This document shows positions 16,970 through 25,458 of a stretch of DNA of 64,000 bases, piece by piece. Made by a program: the position numbers and the translations under genes. Each line of letters begins with the position of its first letter. Position 1 is the first letter of the stretch. The notes under the pieces were generated by a model. It ran no database searches and was not told the DNA's origin. It was given only the letters and a program-made list of their open reading frames with translations. The DNA is from an uncultured Erysipelotrichaceae bacterium (GTDB lineage Bacteria; Bacillota_I; Bacilli_A; RF39; UBA660): NCBI GenBank assembly GCA_902780395.1, contig CACZFH010000003.1:2333-66332 (forward strand). Reading direction: 5' to 3'.

Positions 16970-17221
16970 ATGTTTGAAGGATTAGAAAGCGTTAACGACT
17001 TAGAAAGAATGCTACGAATGCTTGAAGTAGCATATATTGAGCAACATGGCTTGGATGTAGATGATGAAAAAAGTAAAGATTTGTTTCCAGATGACTGGGA
17101 AATTGATAAAAATTATGATGAAAAGATCGATATTATAGTAGCAGCTATTGATAAAGAAGAAATAATAGTTAACACTGATGAATATCAGAATTATAAAGGA
17201 GATTTTTTTAACTCGAAATAG
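16970..17221 (+). CDS. 83-aa acidic protein (candidate effector chaperone or immunity protein)
   Basis: SD-like AGGTGA. N-terminal SVNDLERMLRMLE motif is paralogous to the previous ORF. Confidence 0.35.
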   Translation: MFEGLESVNDLERMLRMLEVAYIEQHGLDVDDEKSKDLFPDDWEIDKNYDEKIDIIVAAIDKEEIIVNTDEYQNYKGDFFNSK

Positions 17222-17362
17222 ATAATAATAAAACTAAGTATATTTTAGGAAAAGAGATTCAAGACTCTTTTTTTTTCCAAGCCAATTATACCAGCTAAAA
17301 AGTGATTAATAGCATTTAATTACTCTAATTCAGCAATCAAGATAATCATAAATAAAAAAAAC

Positions 17363-17391
17363 TTGACATTCATATTTGTTTATGATATAAG
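17363..17391 (+). promoter_or_regulatory. Sigma-A promoter with extended -10 upstream of the rel-like leader
   Basis: TTGACA (17363-17368), 17-nt spacer ending TGa, TATAAG (17386-17391). Confidence 0.6.
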
Positions 17392-17416
17392 TATCTATAC
17401 ACAAAGAGGTGATGGT

Positions 17417-17494
17417 ATGAATTATATCGTAATATGTAATCTCAAATCCATAGAATGTATGTGTAAAAATAGCCACGATTCAATTACAATGTAA
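17417..17494 (+). CDS. 25-codon leader ORF (MNYIVICNLKSIECMCKNSHDSITM) ending inside the downstream terminator hairpin
   Basis: AAGAGGTGA SD 5-8 nt upstream. Stop TAA 17492-17494 lies in the 3' arm of the hairpin, immediately after its loop. Not in the ORF track (too short). Confidence 0.4.
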   Translation: MNYIVICNLKSIECMCKNSHDSITM

Positions 17495-17509
17495 TTGGGT
17501 CGTTTTTTT
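17475..17509 (+). terminator. Intrinsic terminator/attenuator immediately upstream of the rel-like gene
   Basis: 13-bp stem ACGATTCAATTAC / GTAATTGGGTCGT (with G-U pairs), 3-nt loop, then T7. GGAGGG SD and ATG 17524 follow. Confidence 0.65.
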
Positions 17510-17523
17510 GTAGGAGGGAAGAA

Positions 17524-18948
17524 ATGAATAGAAATTATTTTAGAAAGTTTTCGGTTGATGAGCCAGTAACTATTATTGACATCTTAGGAAAATTACAAAA
17601 ATATGGAGCAACCCTAGAAGAACTACAAAAAGTAGAAAAAGCATATATAGTAGCCAAAAAAATACATGAGAATCAAATAAGACAAAGTGGTGAACAATAT
17701 ATTACTCATCCTTTACATGTTGCTTGGTATGTAATGATTATGGAATCATATGATATCGATGAGATCTGTGCAGCACTACTTCATGATACCGTTGAAGACT
17801 CAAAAGGAAAATATACCATTGCAGACGTTGAGAAAGATTTTAATCCAACCGTTGCTATGTTAGTTGATGGAGTAACTAAAATAAAAAATATCTCAGAGCC
17901 AAAAACAAAAGAACAAGCTAATACTAAAAAAATACTTGAAAGCTTTACAATAGATTTCAGATGTATTCGTATAAAAGTAGCTGATCGAATTCACAATATG
18001 AAAACTCTTCATTTTAAACCAGACCCTGAAAAAAGAGTAAAAATTGCCAAAGAAACAATGCAATTAATTGTCCCACTAGCCAAAGCTATTGGTAGTCATC
18101 AAGCAAAAAATATTTTAGAAGAATTATCACTACAATATATTAATCCTACTGCTTACAATAGTATCAATGAATTAAAAGATCAAAGATTTGAAGAGCAAGA
18201 ATTATCAATTTTAGAATTTCAAAGAAAAGTCATGAGTATATTAAATAAAGCAGGAGTAAATCATTATCTTGAATTAAGAGACTTAACTACCAATTCTATT
18301 TATAGAAGACTTCAAGCTGGTTATCAATTTGATAAAATTGCCGATGTTTTTTATACTAAAGTAATTGTTCCAGATAGAAAATCAGCCTATATAGCTCAAG
18401 GAGAAATACATGAAGCCTACAAAGTTGTTCAAGGAACAATTAATGACTATATTTCTAATCCAGATAGTATATTTTATCAATCATTAAATTCGCTTGTATA
18501 CAATCCAGATGAAAAAATGCCTTTTGCCAAAGTAAAAATAAGAACAGTCGAAATGGACAATAGAGCTAAATATGGTCCAGATAGTAGCTGTGGTTCAATA
18601 GATGAAATTCAAAAAATGATTCTAAATGATCCATTTTGTGTTGTTTTAAGAAAACTACTAGAAGAACATGACGATTTAGAAGGATTTTATAAAGCATTAA
18701 ATGAAGAATTATTAACCCCAAATTTAATTAAAGTTTCAGTTGAAGATAAAAATGTATTAGTACCAAAAGGAACAACAATTGGCCAAGTTGCAAGTAAATA
18801 TATTCCTGACTTTGGAATTATGGAATATGCCATGATAAATGGTCAAAAAGTACCACTAGATACCATAATATCAAATCCATATTCTCAAATATCAGCTTCA
18901 AATGATTCAACAGGAGAAAAAATACTTCAAAAACTGCCAAATAAGTAA
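17524..18948 (+). CDS. Truncated RelA/SpoT homologue: HD (p)ppGpp-hydrolase domain, degenerate synthetase-like domain and TGS-like C-terminus; no ACT/RRM region
   Basis: 474 aa. HD motifs HPLHVAWYV and LLHDTVEDS are intact. Synthetase-region remnants are NSIYRRL, DVFYTKVIV, YQSLNS and KVKIRT. The C-terminus is TGS-like (VLVPKGTTIGQVA...INGQKVPLD). Confidence 0.65.
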   Translation: MNRNYFRKFSVDEPVTIIDILGKLQKYGATLEELQKVEKAYIVAKKIHENQIRQSGEQYITHPLHVAWYVMIMESYDIDEICAALLHDTVEDSKGKYTIADVEKDFNPTVAMLVDGVTKIKNISEPKTKEQANTKKILESFTIDFRCIRIKVADRIHNMKTLHFKPDPEKRVKIAKETMQLIVPLAKAIGSHQAKNILEELSLQYINPTAYNSINELKDQRFEEQELSILEFQRKVMSILNKAGVNHYLELRDLTTNSIYRRLQAGYQFDKIADVFYTKVIVPDRKSAYIAQGEIHEAYKVVQGTINDYISNPDSIFYQSLNSLVYNPDEKMPFAKVKIRTVEMDNRAKYGPDSSCGSIDEIQKMILNDPFCVVLRKLLEEHDDLEGFYKALNEELLTPNLIKVSVEDKNVLVPKGTTIGQVASKYIPDFGIMEYAMINGQKVPLDTIISNPYSQISASNDSTGEKILQKLPNK

Positions 18949-19010
18949 AATACTATAATAGACAAAATAATAATAATCCTCTATAATAGAATTAGAATAG
19001 AGGGAAGTAT

Positions 19011-21188
19011 ATGGAAAAGTGTAAAAAGAATTTAAGTATTGCTAGCATTATATTGATTGTTTATGGAGTAGTAATGTCACTCATAACAATAAAATATAGT
19101 GTTTTCTTATGGGCAATTGGAGGATATCTTCTATGGGTTAGTACCAAAGAAGAGGAAGAAATAAAAAAGACTAAAACAGTTCTATTCTGCATAGCTTTAC
19201 TTTGTATTTTATTAAATTTCTTAGTATCTATTTTTCTCTTCATGGCTATTGATAGTTTAACAGGTACACCCAAGGCTGTTAATCCAACCAATGGTCCCCC
19301 TATAGTAAAGAAAAAGAAGGAAATCGATCCTGAAGTAAAAAAAATAGATGTTTTATTAAAATTAGGAGTAGGAATGATTTTAATTTCTGGTATCCTAATA
19401 GCAACTACTTCATGGAATTTCATTTCAGATATTGGAAAACTATTCTTTTTATTATTCTTTGCTGGTGTTTTTTTAGGACTTTCCATCTTTACCGAAGACA
19501 AATTAAAACTATATAATACTTCATTTATGTACTGGATTCTAAGTATGTCATTCTTATTATTAATCATCGTTGCAATACTATTTTTCCATATTGCAGGAGA
19601 TTATCTTTGCTATAATGGTGCAGGAAAATATCTTGCTTATGGAATTACTTTCTTAACTTTAACGGGCTTGTCGTTTGCAACCTACTTAAAGTTTGGTAAA
19701 GATGATTTATTATATATTGTATATGGAAGCTTTTATATTGCCTTAACTTATTTCTTAGTTCATTCACTACCTTCTACAATAGTATGTTTAATATTGTCAA
19801 TCATAATGCTTGGAGTAAGTTATTGTTCAAAAAAAGAATCATTCTTATTCAAATGGAATAAACTAGCTTCTTACATATTATTAGCAGGATTAGTCTTCTG
19901 CAATAAAACAGACTATCAAAGTCAATTTTTAGTATTATCATGTATAACTATAGGAAATCATTTTTATATGGCTTCCCTTTCAGCAAAAGAAGATGACAAA
20001 ATACCTAGTTTATGGATATTCCATATTTTAATGCCAATAGCTATCTCTAATTGTTCTTTCCTAAAAGATTATTCTTACTTAATAGTCTTCATAATTGCAT
20101 CTATATTTGCTGTTATAATGAAAGAAAATAAAGATAGTAATTATAAAGATTATTATAATCAACACTTTATTCTATATACAATCACCAGTATTGCATGCAT
20201 ATTCTTATCAGGTGTTGATAAATTGAATGGCTTATTAATAGCTTCACTTTATGTCGCCATGAATAGTTTCTTAGAGTTAGGTGATTCATATGAAGAATCA
20301 TCATATTTAGAACCAGTATCTATAGGCTTATTTATAATTGCCTTATGTTCCCAAAGCTTTATAAATGCCAATTATTCTCAAATATTTACAATAATGAGTT
20401 TAACATTTATTATTCTACATTATGTATCTCAAAAAGAAAAAAAGATAAGTTACTGGATAGCTATTATAGTAAGTATAATATTAAGTATAATAACAAATGT
20501 AGCTGATAAAAATGTTTTATTAAGTATATTAATATTTATACCAAGTATATATTTATTCTTTGATACAAAACAAAATCAAACATCATCAGAAGAAAAAGTA
20601 TTATATTCCTTTTTCATGCTATTGATTACTATTTATAACTTTTTCTATATAGTAAATCCACTAGATTTAACAATAATATTATCTTCATTATTATTTATCT
20701 ATATCTTAGGAACTATAATAATAATTACCAATGATAAAATACTAAAAAAGACATGTTTTCTAGTAATTGTAGTTCCATTATTAAAAATGATTGGAGAAAT
20801 AAATGATGAGACTATTAAAACAATCTTAATAAGTATAATAGTATTATATATAGATTTCTTAATTGTTCAATATTTTATAGAAAATGATAATTCTAAAGAT
20901 ACCTTTGGTCTAATCGGAATAATAATAGCCATTTTTATTGTTTTACCAATAGAGAATACTTTAGTAGGAATATATATAGGATTAATTGGTCTACTAACAA
21001 TTATGATAGGATTCTCTAATAATATATATAAATCCTTCTTTAAAGGAGGAATCATAATAACAATTGTAAATATACTATACCAATTAAGAGATCTATGGGA
21101 ACAAATACCTTTCTCATTCTATTTACTAATTGGAGGTTTAGTAATAATTGGCTTTGTTACAATAAAAGAAATAAAAAATAAAAAGTAA
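19011..21188 (+). CDS. 725-aa polytopic integral membrane protein (roughly 18-20 TM helices), function unknown
   Basis: Almost entirely hydrophobic helices with short loops. SD AGAGGGAAG. Confidence 0.5.
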   Translation: MEKCKKNLSIASIILIVYGVVMSLITIKYSVFLWAIGGYLLWVSTKEEEEIKKTKTVLFCIALLCILLNFLVSIFLFMAIDSLTGTPKAVNPTNGPPIVKKKKEIDPEVKKIDVLLKLGVGMILISGILIATTSWNFISDIGKLFFLLFFAGVFLGLSIFTEDKLKLYNTSFMYWILSMSFLLLIIVAILFFHIAGDYLCYNGAGKYLAYGITFLTLTGLSFATYLKFGKDDLLYIVYGSFYIALTYFLVHSLPSTIVCLILSIIMLGVSYCSKKESFLFKWNKLASYILLAGLVFCNKTDYQSQFLVLSCITIGNHFYMASLSAKEDDKIPSLWIFHILMPIAISNCSFLKDYSYLIVFIIASIFAVIMKENKDSNYKDYYNQHFILYTITSIACIFLSGVDKLNGLLIASLYVAMNSFLELGDSYEESSYLEPVSIGLFIIALCSQSFINANYSQIFTIMSLTFIILHYVSQKEKKISYWIAIIVSIILSIITNVADKNVLLSILIFIPSIYLFFDTKQNQTSSEEKVLYSFFMLLITIYNFFYIVNPLDLTIILSSLLFIYILGTIIIITNDKILKKTCFLVIVVPLLKMIGEINDETIKTILISIIVLYIDFLIVQYFIENDNSKDTFGLIGIIIAIFIVLPIENTLVGIYIGLIGLLTIMIGFSNNIYKSFFKGGIIITIVNILYQLRDLWEQIPFSFYLLIGGLVIIGFVTIKEIKNKK

Positions 21189-21260
21189 TACATGTATATG
21201 TATTCTTTTTTTTCGACAAATTATATAAAAAGAAATTGTTAAAATAATCATGGTGATATC

Positions 21261-21710
21261 ATGAAAAAAAGAATCTTTTTAGGATTATTCTACATAGGAA
21301 TAGGCTTTTTATTAGGAGAATTTCTTTTCAAGGATAAAATAGAATTAGTAAAACATTTAAAGAATACAGATACATATTATTTCTTACAAGAAGGAGTTTA
21401 TCAAAAAAAAGAAGTATTAAAGACAAGTACTAGTACAATAAATCAGAAATTAATAGATTATGAAAATAAAAAATACTATGTATATGTAGGAATTACCCAA
21501 GATTTAGAAGTATTAGAAAAACTAAAAGAAATATATGAGAATCAAAATATCAAAATTCATATAAAAGAAAAGAATTTATCAAATAATGAATTTAAAGAAA
21601 ATCTAACTCAATTTGATTTATTAATAAAAGAAACAGAGGAGGAAGATCAAATCTTAACTATTGAGAAAGTTGTTTTAGCAAATTATGAAGAAGTTTTTAA
21701 AAAAAAGTAG
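21261..21710 (+). CDS. 149-aa membrane-anchored protein, SPOR-domain-like C-terminus
   Basis: N-terminal TM helix. The pattern YYFLQEGVY...KYYVYVGIT resembles the SPOR repeat pattern (yy.Q.G.f ... y.V.vG.f) as recalled. Confidence 0.35.
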   Translation: MKKRIFLGLFYIGIGFLLGEFLFKDKIELVKHLKNTDTYYFLQEGVYQKKEVLKTSTSTINQKLIDYENKKYYVYVGITQDLEVLEKLKEIYENQNIKIHIKEKNLSNNEFKENLTQFDLLIKETEEEDQILTIEKVVLANYEEVFKKK

Positions 21711-21749
21711 TATGAAGACAATAATTGAGAATAATAAATAGGGGTACGA

Positions 21750-22436
21750 ATGAATTATTGTATAAAAGAACTACCAGAAAAAGAAAGACCAAGAGAAAGA
21801 TTAAAAGAAGTAGGTGTAAGGAATTTAACAGATAAAGAACTACTATCAATTGTATTAAAGACTGGAACAAAAGAAAAAAATGTAAATGAATTATCTCTAG
21901 AATTATTAAAAAGATATGAATTAAATGAATTAAAGGATATTACTTGGAATGATTTAAAAAGATTAAAAGGAATAGGAGAGGTAAAAGCCATGGAATTAGT
22001 AGCGTCCATTGAATTAGGAAAAAGAGTCTATTTAAGAGATGACAAGAAATTAAAGAAAATGGAAAATGCTACTACGATATGGGAAGGAATGAAATACTTG
22101 CTAATAGGTTTAAAACAAGAACACTTTTACTGCTTATATTTTAATACTAAACAAGAGTTGATTAAGAAAAAATTAATTTATATAGGAACGATTAATAGTG
22201 CTACAACCCATACTAGAGAAATATTTAAGGAAGCTTATTTAGTAAGTGCTTCTTCTATTGTCTGTATTCATAATCATCCATCAAATGATGTTACTCCAAG
22301 TAAAGCAGATATATTATTTACTAATCATTTAATACGAACTGGAGAAATACAAGGAATACCTGTTGTAGATCACATCATTATAGGGGAAAAATCATATTAT
22401 AGTTTTTATGAACATAAAGATATTCTAAATCTATAA
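21750..22436 (+). CDS. radC: RadC-family JAB/MPN domain protein
   Basis: N-terminal HhH region (GIGEVKAMEL) and JAMM motif HNHPSNDVTPSKAD. Conserved position upstream of mreC. Confidence 0.85.
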   Translation: MNYCIKELPEKERPRERLKEVGVRNLTDKELLSIVLKTGTKEKNVNELSLELLKRYELNELKDITWNDLKRLKGIGEVKAMELVASIELGKRVYLRDDKKLKKMENATTIWEGMKYLLIGLKQEHFYCLYFNTKQELIKKKLIYIGTINSATTHTREIFKEAYLVSASSIVCIHNHPSNDVTPSKADILFTNHLIRTGEIQGIPVVDHIIIGEKSYYSFYEHKDILNL

Positions 22437-22483
22437 TTGTAACAAAAAAAGAATTATATTATAATGTAAAGAGAGATGATACT

Positions 22484-23275
22484 ATGAGACAAAAAGATAA
22501 GAAAAAAAGAATATGGATAACTATAGGAATTGTAACTGGATGTATCTTATTACTGACAGTTTCTCTTCTTCTAAATCAAAAAATATATCCAGGAGAAAAT
22601 ATCTTAAAAGATATTACTATAGGAATAGAAAAAGTAGTAATGTATCCTTTTACAGTTCTAAAAAAAGATCAAAAGATAGATCAAAGTGAGAGCTATTTAA
22701 TTCAAAAAAATATAAATTCATCATTGGAAAATGAAATCAAAGAGTTAAAGGAAACATTAGAATTAAATAGAACACTTACTGAATATGAACCAGAAAATGC
22801 TACTATCTTATCAAGAAATAAAGCTTATTGGTTCCATACAATAACAATTGATAAAGGAAAAAAAGCTGGTATTAAAAAGAATATGGCAGTAGTTACTAAA
22901 AATGGTTTAATAGGAAAAATTACTAAAGTAAGTAATTACTCCAGTGAAGTAAAATTAATAACAACTGATGATATTAATTTTAAAGTAAGTATTGCTATTA
23001 AAACAAATGACATCGATAACTATGCTATTTTAAATGGGTATGATAAAGAAACAGGTTTAATTAAAGCAACAGGAATTGATAAAACAACTAATATTGAAAA
23101 AGATAATGTAGTCTTAACAAGTGGATTAGGAGAAATGTTCCCAGGAGGAATTTATATAGGTACAGTAGAAAAGGTAGAAAGCGATAAGTATGATTTAAGT
23201 AAAACAGTATATATAAAAACATATCAGAATTTTAATGATATTCACTATGTAACAGTATTGAAGGTAAAAGATTAA
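22484..23275 (+). CDS. mreC: Rod shape-determining protein MreC
   Basis: N-terminal TM and coiled coil (LENEIKELKETLELN). Motifs GLIGKITKVS..SEVKLITD and TSGLGEMFPGGIYIGTV. Confidence 0.85.
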   Translation: MRQKDKKKRIWITIGIVTGCILLLTVSLLLNQKIYPGENILKDITIGIEKVVMYPFTVLKKDQKIDQSESYLIQKNINSSLENEIKELKETLELNRTLTEYEPENATILSRNKAYWFHTITIDKGKKAGIKKNMAVVTKNGLIGKITKVSNYSSEVKLITTDDINFKVSIAIKTNDIDNYAILNGYDKETGLIKATGIDKTTNIEKDNVVLTSGLGEMFPGGIYIGTVEKVESDKYDLSKTVYIKTYQNFNDIHYVTVLKVKD

Positions 23276-23778
23276 TGGCAATACTAATTATTGGAATATC
23301 ATTAATTCTAGATGGTATATTAACAAATTATCTTCCTTTTTTACCTAATGACTTATCTTTATTTACTCCTCTTTTAACCATAACTTCATTAGTTCTTATT
23401 TATCCATTTTTTCGTAAACAAGAAAAGAACTATTATATATCTTTATTCATTACAGGAATAATTTATGACTTATTCTATACAAACTTATTATTTTTCCATG
23501 CCGTTATTTTCTTACTACTTGGAGTAATAATAAGATTTATCTATAAGAATTATGAAATAACTCCCATAAGAATAATAATATATATTAGTATAATTATCAT
23601 TTGTTATGAATTCCTAGAAGGATTTATACTATATATATTTCAAATTGTACCAGTATCAATAGAAAAAATATTATATAAAATAAAACATAGTCTAATAATT
23701 AATTTAGTATGGGGAGAAATCATCTATGGTATTTTAAGAATCTATATAAAAAAGACCAAAAAAATAAGTATGAATTAA
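23275..23778 (+). CDS. mreD: Rod shape-determining protein MreD
   Basis: 167-aa polytopic membrane protein. Start overlaps the mreC stop (ATGA coupling), in the canonical position. Confidence 0.7.
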   Translation: MAILIIGISLILDGILTNYLPFLPNDLSLFTPLLTITSLVLIYPFFRKQEKNYYISLFITGIIYDLFYTNLLFFHAVIFLLLGVIIRFIYKNYEITPIRIIIYISIIIICYEFLEGFILYIFQIVPVSIEKILYKIKHSLIINLVWGEIIYGILRIYIKKTKKISMN

Positions 23779-23820
23779 CATACTTTTTTTTTATAATCAT
23801 ATTCTTAATTAGGTGATACT

Positions 23821-24375
23821 ATGAATCATAAAATTAAGAAAAAATATGTATTAAAAAAATCTGTAAAAATAGCCTTAAGTAAATTATTAATTATTATAAT
23901 TATCTTTTTAATAGGAATGATTCTAACTAAGAACAATGATTATAATAGAAATATAATAAAAGAAAAATTATTTGAAAGAAATATTCCCTTTCAAAAGATA
24001 AAAGGAATCTATGAAAAGTATTTTGGAAATGTCTTATCTATCTCAAAAGAAATAAAGAAAACAGAACCAGTCTTCAAAGAAACCATTCAATATATCAAAA
24101 AAGAGCCAAAAGAAGATGGAATAAAATTACAAGTAGAAGATAATTACTTAGTTCCTTCTATAGAAAGCGGAATAATTATAAATATAAAGGAAAATTCTAT
24201 TATAATGGAACAAGTAGATGGGGTAGAAGTAACTTATAAGAATATTGAAAAGGGAGATTTCTCACTATATGATTATATTGAAAAAGGAGAAATAATAGGA
24301 AAAGTAATTAATGATGAATTATTTTTAACATTTCAAAAGAATGGAGAAATTATTAATTATCAAGACTATCTATAA
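23821..24375 (+). CDS. spoIVFA: SpoIVFA-like protein (membrane-anchored, degenerate LytM/M23 domain)
   Basis: N-terminal TM and a C-terminal M23-like tail (IEKGEIIGKV...LTFQKNGEIINY). Overlaps and precedes spoIVFB, as in Bacillus. Confidence 0.5.
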   Translation: MNHKIKKKYVLKKSVKIALSKLLIIIIIFLIGMILTKNNDYNRNIIKEKLFERNIPFQKIKGIYEKYFGNVLSISKEIKKTEPVFKETIQYIKKEPKEDGIKLQVEDNYLVPSIESGIIINIKENSIIMEQVDGVEVTYKNIEKGDFSLYDYIEKGEIIGKVINDELFLTFQKNGEIINYQDYL

Positions 24376-25105
24376 AATTCATGCTAGTGTTTACTTATTA
24401 GCTTTTTTTTCAATAATAACTGCCTCTTTTATAGAATTTATAATTATCATGTCTCTAATAATGATACATGAACTAGGACACTATACTTCAGCTAAGCTCT
24501 TAAAAGAAGAAGTAAAAAATATTATGATATATCCTTTTGGAGGAATAACTAAAATAAATATGGAGATAAATGAGTCATTTAAAAAGGAATTCATAATTCT
24601 TATCATGGGACCAATCTTTCAAATAATAGGGTGCCTTTTATTAATAGGAATATTCCCACCCAAAAAGGAAATGATAATAATATATCATAATGGTATTTTA
24701 TTATTCAATTTATTACCTATCTATCCACTAGATGGAGGAAAACTATTAAAATTAGGATTAGATTATCTATGTCCATATAAAAAAAGTTTTAAAAGAATTA
24801 TCATGATTAGCTATAGTGTAGTAATAATACTATTTATAACAAAAACAACTAATATAAATATAATTTATACAACAATCTTCCTATTATTCTTAATAAGAAA
24901 AGAACAAAAGAAAGAACAGATCTATTATGAAAAACTACTATTAGAAAAATATTTAACAAAACAAAAATACCAAAGAAAAACAATAATACATTCAGAAAAA
25001 GAATTTTATAAAAGAAGAAATCATTTAATTAAGACAAAACATAAATATCTATCAGAAAATGAATATCTGTGGAAAAAGTATCGAAATTTCATGAAAAGTT
25101 ATTGA
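24341..25105 (+). CDS. spoIVFB: Site-2 (M50) intramembrane metalloprotease SpoIVFB (pro-sigma-K processing)
   Basis: HELGH zinc motif in a TM helix (LIMIHELGHY), plus YPFGG and NLLPIYPLDGGKLL (the NxxPxxxLDG motif). Closely parallels B. subtilis SpoIVFB as recalled. Confidence 0.8.
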   Translation: MEKLLIIKTIYKIHASVYLLAFFSIITASFIEFIIIMSLIMIHELGHYTSAKLLKEEVKNIMIYPFGGITKINMEINESFKKEFIILIMGPIFQIIGCLLLIGIFPPKKEMIIIYHNGILLFNLLPIYPLDGGKLLKLGLDYLCPYKKSFKRIIMISYSVVIILFITKTTNINIIYTTIFLLFLIRKEQKKEQIYYEKLLLEKYLTKQKYQRKTIIHSEKEFYKRRNHLIKTKHKYLSENEYLWKKYRNFMKSY

Positions 25106-25160
25106 CTTTACAACATCTGTTTGCTATAATTCAATTACTGGCTGTAAATAGTTAGTAATT

Positions 25161-25236
25161 GGGGCATTAGCTCAGCTGGGAGAGCGCCACGTTTGCACCG
25201 TGGAGGTCAGCGGTTCGATCCCGCTATGCTCCACCA
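25161..25236 (+). tRNA. tRNA-Ala (anticodon TGC), CCA encoded
   Basis: Hand-folded cloverleaf: acceptor GGGGCAT/ATGCTCC with G3:U70, D stem GCTC/GAGC, anticodon stem CCACG/CGTGG with loop TTTGCAC, T stem AGCGG/CCGCT. Confidence 0.95.
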
Positions 25237-25247
25237 TTTAAAATATT

Positions 25248-25268
25248 AACCCAGAAATGGGTTTTTTT
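25248..25268 (+). terminator. Hairpin plus T-run between the two tRNA genes
   Basis: AACCCA gaaa TGGGTT followed by T5-6. Confidence 0.5.
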
Positions 25269-25274
25269 ATTTTT

Positions 25275-25348
25275 GCCGATATAGTTTAGTGGTAAAACAG
25301 ATCCTTGGTAAGGATCAGCGGTAAGTTCAATTCTTACTATCGGCACCA
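25275..25348 (+). tRNA. tRNA-Thr (anticodon GGT), CCA encoded
   Basis: Acceptor GCCGATA/TATCGGC, D stem GTTT/AAAC, anticodon stem GATCC/GGATC with loop TTGGTAA, T stem GTAAG/CTTAC. Confidence 0.9.
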
Positions 25349-25458
25349 GTGACGAATCTGTTCGAACTATTTGAACTTTAAATATAGAGAACTTGCATAA
25401 AATAAAAAAGAGGAACATTTAAAGTTGCAAGTGAATGTCGCCTCAATTAATTGAGTTG

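Noticed and set aside
25224-25418. 64-aa reverse-strand ORF
   Set aside because: It overlaps both tRNA genes on the opposite strand and is spurious.
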